Source of the DNA: Klebsormidium nitens
Lineage: Eukaryota > Plantae > Klebsormidiophyceae
Length of the DNA stretch: 64,000 bases
Assembly (NCBI GenBank): GCA_000708835.1
Contig: DF237261.1
Location: 1 to 64,000 of the forward strand
Reading direction: 5' to 3'
Shown: piece after piece, positions 1-8,821 of the stretch
Position numbering within the stretch: position 1 is the stretch's first letter
Layout of the letters: each line of letters opens with the position of its first letter
The notes under the pieces: generated by a model
The model's database searches: none
Told to the model about the DNA's origin: nothing
What the model saw: the letters and a program-made list of their open reading frames with translations, nothing else
Position numbers and translations under genes: made by a program

Positions 1-781
1 TCACTAAAGCCGATCCATCCGGGATATTACGCCGTCTTGCAGACAGCCACACAGTGCGTCGTTAAGACGTGACCACTGTCGTTTCGCTAACTCGCGGTTA
101 ACGAAACCCTGTCGAGAACGAGGTTAGGCTTAACCAGTCGTAATCGTTACACTAACGTGAGTGTATGTATGACGGCCTCCACAACAGACTGCAAGCACTT
201 AGGCTATTTAACTTGGTCTCCGATATGAGGCCTTGACGCAGACCACTCAGAACACTCGATTCTGAGCATTCTGTTTTATATTGTTGCAGAGGCGGCAAGC
301 AAGGAGTATGCTGAAGAAACATTAGTTTTCTGTTGTCATGGCCATCGCAGACATGAGTAGCTCAGCTTGGATGGAGTATCGAGAAAGGAGATTGCTTGAG
401 CAGAATGGACGCAGCGCTGAAAATCGGGTGAGACATCATGGATTTCGTCCATCTTACTGGTTCAATACCCTATGGTTTTGGATACAGAGTTCACAATCAA
501 CCCATCTGCTTTAATCTTACCAGAATTGATGCACGTTTCTGTTAGGTTTTCAAATAAATACAATATTTAAAGGAAGTCCAAGTGCCTCATCAAGTGCACC
601 AGACATACTCTATTCTTAGACATCTCGCTTCTTACACACCTTTTCAAGTTCCTGTTACATCTCTGGACACAACCACAATCTTCAGATCCACTCCCTATGC
701 ACTCCAGTTCAGATTTATCAAACGCATTCATAAACTTAATCTCGACACCCATGACAAATCAGTGACCAGCCCCTGTTATGA

Positions 782-1279
782 TCACTCAACCAGATTGAAT
801 GTCCCTATGATTTGGTCCATCAAGGCAAATCCAGTCATACCCTCCGCTGCACCCTCTATCTGCTCATTCGTGTACGCCTTGACAGAGGTATTACGCCCGT
901 TCACTTCAATCATCTTGGTTCCCGGTTCCTTCCTTGCGGTCTCTCTGTACAGTGCAGCCAAGGCAATGCCGGGCTGAACAAGACGCTTGCTATTTGCAAT
1001 AACATTCTTCTCGAGCTGGAGGTATTCTGACAGCGTATACTCCTTCAAGCCACTGCCCTCGATACCCAGAAATGGACCGTTCTGTAGAGCCCCACGGACA
1101 TCTGCTTGATAAGCTTGTAGATCGGTGATTGTAAAGGCTTGCAACGTCTCCAACTTCTGCCGCCAGGTGTCCGCCACCTTCATACGTTTGACAGGAGCCT
1201 CTAAGGCCATTCTCTCCTGCTCCACTTGTAGTTTCTTCTCCTCCAGGTCCAGCTTTCGAATCTCAAGTTGATAGACCAT
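782..1279 (-). CDS. Small virus/phage-like protein (165 aa from ATG 1279): coiled coil plus a C-terminal domain resembling antirepressor-type DNA-binding proteins
   Basis: Real part of ORF 782..1693. It reads MVYQLEIRKLDLEEKKLQVEQE (coiled coil) ... GIALAALYRETARKEPGTKMIEVNGRNTSVKAYT, recalling from memory the G-x-L-x-x-x-Y-x(4)-EP-x(5)-V-NG-x(4)-V-x-AY tail of phage/NCLDV Bro-N/KilA-type proteins. The upstream part of the track ORF is just the 147-bp repeat. An AG immediately precedes the ATG, so an upstream exon is possible. Confidence 0.55.
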   Translation of the reverse strand: MVYQLEIRKLDLEEKKLQVEQERMALEAPVKRMKVADTWRQKLETLQAFTITDLQAYQADVRGALQNGPFLGIEGSGLKEYTLSEYLQLEKNVIANSKRLVQPGIALAALYRETARKEPGTKMIEVNGRNTSVKAYTNEQIEGAAEGMTGFALMDQIIGTFNLVE

Positions 1280-1387
1280 CTGGCAGTTGGCTCTGCCCGA
1301 ACTTCCTGCTCTACAGTCCTCTGTCCAAGCAGGAAATGTTCCTGAGCCGTTCCAGCGATGGCAGCATGCCTCTGCTCGAGGTGACGG

Positions 1388-1652
1388 GCCACAGAAAAAA
1401 TAGCTTCCGAGATACAAGAAGGGTATAAGTTTAGGGAAGTTATTTTTTCTTCGACTTAAAACGCCAGTCAAAGCGTCGCATGGGCCATGCCCTGCCACGT
1501 GTCTCTCTCCCAACATGAGCACCCAGAGCCACAAGCCACAGAAAAAATAGCTTCCGAGATACAAGAAGGGTATAAGTTTAGGAAAGTTATTTTTTATTCG
1601 ACTCAAAACACCATTCAAAGCGTTGCACGGGGCATGCCCTGCCACGTGTCTC
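1388..1652 (+). repeat. Two ~120-bp direct repeats (period 147) between the divergent genes
   Basis: GCCACAGAAAAAATAGCTTCCGAGATACAAGAAGGGTATAAGTTTAG...CATGCCCTGCCACGTGTCTC starts at 1388 and again at 1535. Confidence 0.95.
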
Positions 1653-4600
1653 CTGTCGCCAGAGACGCGCGCTCCTCGTTTGCCACGTGGCACCCTTTCA
1701 TTGGTTGCTGTGTTCTGCAGGGCCGGACGTTTCAGATCACTCCCGGCGCAGGTGCCGTCGAGCGGAGGAGAGGGGTCAAGCGCAAGAGCACAAATGATGA
1801 CTGCGCAGCAGGCGGGAGCTCTGGCAGCGACGCGAACTCCGACAAAAGAGGCGAGAACGTCCAGCTCTCAGACAACGGGTCGGTCCGGACCGAGGAGGTC
1901 GAGTCGGCCGGCTCGCTCCGGGAGTTTGTCGACGACGGGAGCGTGCGGGGCGGAGAAGGGGCCATCGCCCATGCCGCAATCGAACAAGAGCGCGTGGCAG
2001 CTTCGGCGGACGCCCGCGTGCCTCAGGTGAGCCCATGGAATCGCCCAGGGACGCCCGACATCAAACCTCCGAGCTCGCATCCGCCCCTCGATGGCCCCAC
2101 CCATGCCGCCCCGAATGACTGAGAGGACTGAGACCTCCAAGAGAGTCTTGTGCAAAAGAGTCCCAAAAATGGCTTTCCGCATGCCCGCCCATGCCGCCTG
2201 GGATTTGGGCCGCCTCCGAAATTGACACGGGAAATTTTCGCTTCCGAGTATTATAAGAAGTACATATATTAGAGAAGTTTTTTTTTTTTTCCCGCTAGTA
2301 GATCCGCGTATGAGAAATTTTTGGCGGATGAGCAGTCGTTGATCGCGTGACACGTGTCCCCTCCTTCAACACCGCCCGGGATCCGGGCCGCCTCCGAAAT
2401 TGACACGGGAAATTTTCTCTTCCGAGTAATATAAAAAGTATATATATTAGAGATTTTTTTTCCCGCTAGTCGATTCGCGTATGGAAAAGTTGGTTGATGA
2501 GCAGCCAATAATCTCGTGACATGTGTCCCCAGACCGCCTGGGATCTCCGAGTGTGCTCTCTTCCTGCCACGTGTGTCACGCTCATCGGTTGCCCTCCCTT
2601 CAGGGTCGGGCCTCCGACGGCAGTCTATCTCCGGACGAGCACGGTGACAGCGTTCAGCCCGCCGACAACGAGGAGGAGCGGTCCAGCGAGAGCCAGACCA
2701 CCGGATCTCTGGCCGACTTCAGACACGATGCCGGCACCCCCCGGGAAGATGCGACTTTCTACGCGGCCTTTGAGAACGAGCGTGCGGCAGCACTCGACTC
2801 CTGCGATCCGTTGCCTCAAGTGAGACCGCCCTCCCTCTCCTCTCTGCGTCATCACGAGCGGCCCGGAAAAGATCTTCGGGGTCTGCTGACGTGGCACAGC
2901 CACGGCTCCCTCCTCAAGCACCCGACCGGTCACTCGATGAGGCCAGCTCGATCTCGCGTCCACTTCTGCATCAGACTGAGCAACCTCTCGTAACTCGCAG
3001 CACCATCCGCTGGACGAGGACTTTCCTGGGCCAGCTCTGGTTCTCCAAGAAGGAGGCGGCCGTTGGGCACCAGCGGGCGAACCGACACGCGCTGATCGCC
3101 TCCTGCGACCTGAGTGCATCTGGGGGTTACAAGAAGTTCTCGAGCTTCGTCAACGCCGGTGCCTTCGTGAGCTATCTGAAAAAGCTGCGGGCCGAAGGAG
3201 TGGACCTGAACCTTTACGAGTGCGCCGACGCGGAAACCGCCTCGAAATTCTACGTGGACGTCGACTACGCGACAGCAGAGCGGAGCGACGAGGACTTCCG
3301 GGAACGATTCGAGCACTGCGAGATCGTGCTGCGTGGCTTCCTCGAGCGGGTCCTCCTGGTCCCTCCCAAAGCAATTACCTTCCAAGTAGCCACCGCCCAC
3401 GGGAAGCGCAAGGACGGGGGTTACAAGTACAGCGCCCACGTCTGTCGGCAGGGATTCTATCTGAAGGACTCGTCCGTCCGGAGGGAACTGAAACGAGCCG
3501 TGATCTTCTTCCTCGAAAAGCCTCCCCAGCAGCTGCGGCGGAACTGCGAGTTTCTGTTCTTTCGAGAGTTCAAGGAAGGGGTCTCCATCGAGAAGTGCCT
3601 CATCGACACTGCCGTGTACAGCTCGTTCCAGAACTGGCGCACCCTCTATTCGGAGAAGAAGGGGTCAGGCCGCCCTCTCGAGCCAGCGGTGGGGAGCTCT
3701 CCCGACATCGCAGACCATCTGATCGGCTTCCACGACCCGGCAGTCAGAGCGGCGGCTCTGGAACTCGACGGCGACTTGCTGGCGACTTACAACCAGCGGG
3801 CGGAACCTCTGCCGTGCGTCTCCCGGGGGCCCGCGAGGAACCCAGTACGGGGGCTCAGGGAGACTTTTGTGGAGCGGGGTGGCGCGGTATACCCTCTCAC
3901 CGGCGTGGAGAAAGACCGACTGCTGCGGCGATACCAGAAGGACCATCCGGGCGCGTGGATCCTGCGGGCGGAAGCCATGGGCGAAGGCGTCTTCACCGTG
4001 CACTTCGGTGTCCCGGCCCCCTACTGCTGGATAGCGGGGCGGGCGCACTCGTCACCCGGGAACGCGTGCGGGTACTTGGTGTACCGCAGAAACACGCCCT
4101 CCAAAGCCTTCTACCGGTGCCATTCGAGGTCCTGCAGGTGAGGCACATCAGTATACCGCTTTTTAAGTCGCAGCACAGTCCGGTGCAAAGCGAAAAACAC
4201 GAATGGGGTCAGCTGAGAGCGCAGGTTCTATTCAGTCGGTGGGGTATTCTCTCGTGATCGCTGGCCTCGTGAACGCATCGTCCTATCTCAGTCGAATCCT
4301 CTGACCTCCGGTGTCGTTCCATCTCGTAGCGGAGTGGCGGTCGACGGGAGCGGCAGGCGTCTGCAACGAGTCCTGCAGCTGGATGCGGAGTGCATCGAAT
4401 CCTGGACCAGCGACTACGAGATTGTTGGCCGTATGCGAGGGTACCCCATCCCTAACCTCCGGCGCGACGCGGAGCCTCAGACGACTCTGGTGATGGCCAA
4501 CATGGGCGCCGGGAAGTCCAAGGAGCTCTTCCACGGGCTCTTGCCTCGCTTACCCTCGGAAGCCTCCGTCTGTCTGATCGCGCCGAACATCGCGTTGGCC

Positions 4601-6627
4601 AGGAAGTACCACGAGGAGACCAGGAAGGAGGGTCTGGACTACGTCTGCTACCTGGACGAGAACGGGGGCAAGATTACCGCGCGGCGGGTGGTGGTCTGCA
4701 TCAACTCGATAGCCAGGGTGCTGCCGCGTTTCGATGTGGTGGTCATGGACGAGGTTAACTTCACCCTGACCAACATGGCCTCCACCGTCATGAAGGACAA
4801 GAAGCTAGTCTTCTTGGCTCTGGAGGGAATAGTGGCGGGGGCGAAGGCGGCGTTCCTGAGCGACGCCCATCTGAACTGCCCCCGTGTGGTGGAGTGGATC
4901 CAGACCTTGCGGCACGCGAGCCGCTTCTATACCATCCGCAACCGTGGCGTCTGGCCTTCGAAGCGGAAGGCATTCATCTCGCCGATGCCCGGACCGCTCG
5001 TGGGCAGAGGGCAGCCCAAGGCGACGTTCTCTCTGGTGGTGGAGGGTATCCTGGACCTCGTCGCATCCGGAAAGACCGTCATGGTAAGTGCACTCCGCCT
5101 TCTTCCGAGACGGAGCACGTGCCCTCCGATTTATCTCCGTTCGAGATTCAGTGCGCCTCTGAAAAATGACACGGGAAAATTCCGCTTCAGGGTATTATGA
5201 CACGTATATGTATCAGAGAACATATCTTTTCCCACCCGTGAATGTGCGAGTGTGACTTTTCACCATACCAGGCCCCCCTTATTACGCCCAGGAACAGAAC
5301 CACCCCTTAAGAGCGACATGGTTGTTTTGTGCCCCCTTTGCCCCGGCATACCGTTCGAAAATCTGTGCACCTCTCGTGCAACGACACGGGAAAATTTCGA
5401 TGATTTTGTTCCCGCCTGTAAACTTGCGAGTGTGATGTTTCCGGCCTTCTGTCCCCCCTCCATTCCGCCCGGGATCTGAACCCACCTCCTGATTCGACAG
5501 GGTTGGTTTTATCGTCTCCTTCTTCGCCTCATACCGCCCCGAATCCAGGGTACCTCTGAAAACGACATGGGGAAATTTCGCTTCCGATAGTATTGTAAAA
5601 TGTATATACATTAGAGAANNNNNNNNNNNNNNNNNNNNNNNNNNNNNNNNNNNNNNNNNNNNNNNNNNNNNNNNNNNNNNNNNNNNNNNNNNNNNNNNNN
5701 NNNNNNNNNNNNNNNNNNNNNNNNNNNNNNNNNNNNNNNNNNNNNNNNNNNNNNNNNNNNNNNNNNNNNNNNNNNNNNNNNNNNNNNNNNNNNNNNNNNN
5801 NNNNNNNNNNNNNNNNNNNNNNNNNNNNNNNNNNNNNNNNNNNNNNNNNNNNNNNNNNNNNNNNNNNNNNNNNNNNNNNNNNNNNNNNNNNNNNNNNNNN
5901 NNNNNNNNNNNNNNNNNNNNNNNNNNNNNNCTCTCCATTCCGCCCTAGATCAGAAGCATTGCGAGTCTGATCCTTTTGGCCTTCCTCTCTTTCCCTTCCG
6001 TCTCACAGGTTCCCGCCACGAGCAAAACAGTCGTAGAGCTTCTGGAGACGGCATTCGAGGCTCGTTTTCTGGAGAAGAAGCTCATCGCTTTCCACGGTGA
6101 CAAGAGAGAGGAGTCCGACAAGATGCTCCTGCAGCGCGCGATCTCCAATCCGGACGAATCGCTGAGTCATCGCGGACTGCCTCGCGTTCACCGTGCCCAC
6201 TATCGGTCCCGGGGTCTCGATCGAGAAGAAGGGGAGTTACGACCTGGTGGTCGGGGTGGCCGTAAACTCCGACAACCACCCCGACGCCCAAGTCCTGATG
6301 CAGCAGATACAGAGGGCGAGAGATGCCGGGGACATACAGATCTTCTACAGCGAACTTCCGAGCCGTCGGAGGGTCCCTCACCCGGATACCAAGGAAGAGG
6401 TGTTCCGGATGCTGGAGAGTAGCGACCGGGAGCTCGCCGACCTGATGCAAGGGGTCTCGGTAGATCATGTGGACATGCTGCGGGGTGCTCCGGGAGAGCG
6501 TGCCATCTACGACCGCAGCTCCGCAACCTGCAACCTGTACGCCTGGGAGCTCGACAAACCCTGTTGCATCTGGGAGCTCAACAACCCCTGTTGCGCCTGG
6601 GAGCTCAAACCTTTGCATTTGCCCTGA
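1634..6627 (+). CDS. Spliced AEP (PrimPol/UL52-type) primase + C-H-C-C Zn finger + UL9-like origin-binding SF2 helicase fusion; frameshift near 6171, short or truncated C-terminus
   Basis: Exons 1721-2026, 2604-2819, 2975-4137, 4330-5083, 6009-6627; all four GT-AG introns keep the frame (phases 0,0,2,0). AEP motifs: KFYVDVDY, KYSAHV, IDTAVYSSFQNWRTLYSEK. Zn finger: YCWIAGRAHSS...YRCHSRSC. Helicase motifs: ANMGAGKS (Walker A), VVCINSI, VVMDEV (Walker B), PTIGPGVS, QQIQRAR. The start is uncertain: in-frame ATG at 1634, or an acceptor at 1720. Confidence 0.85.
2194..2550 (+). repeat. Tandem ~178-bp repeats in primase intron 1
   Basis: CCGCC(T/C)GGGAT..GGGCCGCCTCCGAAATTGACACGGGAAATTTTC(G/T)CTTCCGAGTA..ATAA.AAGTA.ATATATTAGAGA-polyT-CCCGCTAGT at 2194 and 2372, with a partial third copy at ~2534. 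Confidence 0.95.
5165..5618 (+). repeat. Diverged copies of the same repeat family in helicase intron 4
   Basis: GACACGGGAAAATTCCGCTTC...TATGTATCAGAGAA (~5168), GACACGGGAAAATTTCG (~5383), GACATGGGGAAATTTCGCTTCCGA...TATATACATTAGAGAA (~5564). TGCGAGTGTGA occurs twice, and CCGCCCGGGATC is at ~5465. Confidence 0.85.
5619..5930. other. Assembly gap (312 N)
   Basis: Run of N; it begins exactly where other repeat copies enter a poly-T tract. Confidence 1.
6541..6610 (+). repeat. 27-bp tandem repeat (about 2.6 copies) at the end of the helicase ORF
   Basis: GCCTGGGAGCTCGACAAACCCTGTTGC / ATCTGGGAGCTCAACAACCCCTGTTGC / GCCTGGGAGCTCAAACC. Confidence 0.9.
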
Positions 6628-8821
6628 CAACGTGACTGCTAGCTGGACTAAGTTGGGCATGAGGTTTCCTACCCAAGTCATTGGTATGTACCGAGGGGAC
6701 TCACTCAACGTGCCCAGCAGTAACTTTCCGAGTGAATCTAGGGCACGTTCAGTGGTCCCGGTCTCTGTTCGTTATGCCACGTGGCAGGTGCGCTCCGGAT
6801 GTTCATGGAGGGGTCAGACTGGGGTCAATGCCCGGCGGGTCGAGTCGGGTTCGAGGTTCCGCCGTTTGCGGCGCGAGTGAATTCGTAGCGGGTTTTGATT
6901 TAACCGAGGTTTAAACTGGTCCGGAATTCGGTTCGCGAGTGTGTTCCGAGTCGAATTTTATTCTGGCGGGGGGGTCCATCGGACGGTGGATGTTATTCCG
7001 GAGGCTTCCCTCGGGCCGTCAGATAACTCCGATGTCACCAGTCCCTAATAGTCGGAATCATACGGTATACCTTGGTCGTCCGGTATCAACTTTCAAGTTT
7101 CAAGCATCATAGGCTTGGGTGGTTTAGCTTGCTAGGCAGTTATCCGTGACCAGGCTTGGTTTCCGGACCTGCTTCTGAGCCTGGTTTGCCAAACATGCTC
7201 TTGAGCATCTTCTTCGATACCGTCCGATAAGCTGTTTTGTTTAGATTCACGGTCCATGCAGGATATCATGTGTAACCTCCTCTGAACAATGTGTCTTTTT
7301 GACGCAAAACCCAAACTAGCAAACCCAGTCACTTTCCTGAATATATTCGACAAAATTGTATTATATTGCCAATGGACATCTCGGACAACATTTGTTTTGA
7401 TTTCACGAAAACCCGGCCCAGTACGGCAATGGCACAGAAACGCTTGGACACTCTGCAAGTCAATCATTCTCGGCGCGTTTCTCGGAGGCGCTCAGAACCG
7501 CGTCACTGTAACCCGCGGTTCTGCTTGGCAAACGTCATCTGATACGACGTCAGACTCAGAATCTCGGGCCGGATATATCCTGTCAAACTCGGCGCAAAGG
7601 AGCCAAGTCGGAAAGGAGCAAGCTACTTAGCTGCTGTCTGCCATGCCTGAGTCCAAAAGATGATGACATCAGGCAAATTTTGCCGTCAACTGTCATAAGA
7701 GCGTTGGGAATGCGTCGGAGCGTTACGGGCGTTTCAACTCTCCGTTTGTTCGTACACTAGGAACATCAGGAAGCCGTGGAAAAGGTTTCCTGCTTATGCC
7801 CAGTCGATTACATTGTCATTTATGTATCAGAAATATGGTCGACTTTTGAAACCCACACTGGAGCAACTGATCATGGTGGCTCTCTTTGACTCCTATATAT
7901 TTTCCGTCTAGTGGGCATTTCGTCTGTCGTTCTGATTGGCTAAGGTTTGGAGGTTAGTGCTCACGCTGGGAGTAGGTGTTAGTCGTGAGGATTGTGTGCG
8001 CAGGCAAAGAAAAACAAATGTCAGCAGTGCGCTGAGCGGGCGCCAAATAAATTTCACAGAGGTCTAAAGAGTTTTCACAGACTTTCCACCACCACCACCA
8101 ATCAGAACGGTTGCTTCCAGGAGGGTGGGTTGAAGAGGTGACACCAGCAAAAGTCCAAGCCGAGAACGTTTGGCGGGGGCGAATGTTGTTGACATCTACT
8201 TAACGAGTATGTGATGAGTCTCCTTTCAACTTTCTCAAGCTTCTCATTTTGAGCTTGCATTCTCAGACAAAGGTGAAGGAACTCTTCATCAAATTGGGTT
8301 GCGTGAATGCAAGACTCTGTGGCGCCTTGATATATGTTTTTCCCGGTGTTTGACCTTTCGGGGTGCCCACATTGTGCCCCGTTCCTTATGTCCCCAGAAG
8401 GCTGAACCCATCAAAGCCTTAATGCCGCATACTTCTATCCTGATTGGGACAGAAGGCCTAAATTCACAATCGATTAGACGGTGGTACATCAAGTGACTCA
8501 TATGACTGACGTTCTATGTGAAGGTCTCCCTTTCTGTGAGCTTTTCCTGACAGCTGTCTTTCACTTGACAGCTGGCATAGGCTTAAATGTGAATACTCTT
8601 ATATGCCGCCCAGCATCCATGATGCTTGACAGCCCGCCACTACAGAGATAAGATTGAGGCTTGGAAAACTTGCGAGTGCCCTCAATAACCACTACGAGCC
8701 CCTCAGTGTTACACACAGCGTGGCTGTTGAGCAAGTAGATTGAATGCAAACCAGAAGTACTGCCTTGATCACTGGGTATAACCAAAGCAGGGTACGGACC
8801 GTGCGCCCCTTGCCCTTCCAG

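Larger units (their letters stand above)
782..6900. mobile_element. Endogenous virus-like / self-replicating element fragment (divergent small ORF + primase-helicase + internal repeat family); boundaries not defined
   Basis: Both genes are viral in type and absent from normal plant gene sets, and they share a repeat family seen only in this interval. No TIR, TSD, integrase or capsid gene was found in the window. Confidence 0.6.

Noticed and set aside
56-70. 15-mer TGCGTCGTTAAGACG shared with ~51684
   Set aside because: A few 15-mer matches are expected by chance in 64 kb and the flanks do not align.
582-977. 131-aa plus-strand ORF
   Set aside because: Largely the antisense shadow of the minus-strand ORF; no recognizable motifs.
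1280-1693. Repeated peptide NNFPKLIPFLYLGSYFFCG in ORF 782..1693
   Set aside because: It is the translation of the non-coding 147-bp DNA repeat, not a protein repeat.
1388-2550. CRISPR-like array
   Set aside because: Units are 147-178 bp tandem repeats without unique spacers, the context is eukaryotic, and there are no cas genes.
2891-4141. Host PrimPol gene
   Set aside because: Motif A is DxD rather than DxE, and the exon splices in frame into a UL9-like helicase, which cellular PrimPol lacks.
5282-5938. 218-aa ORF
   Set aside because: Artefact of reading through the N gap.
6082-6708. Numerous GC-rich antisense/overlapping ORFs here and across the other genes
   Set aside because: They are shadows of high-GC3 coding exons with no independent motifs.
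782-7050. Helitron or Polinton assignment for the element
   Set aside because: No HUH Rep, PIF1 helicase, pPolB, integrase, TIR or CTRR end was found; the helicase is SF2/UL9-like.
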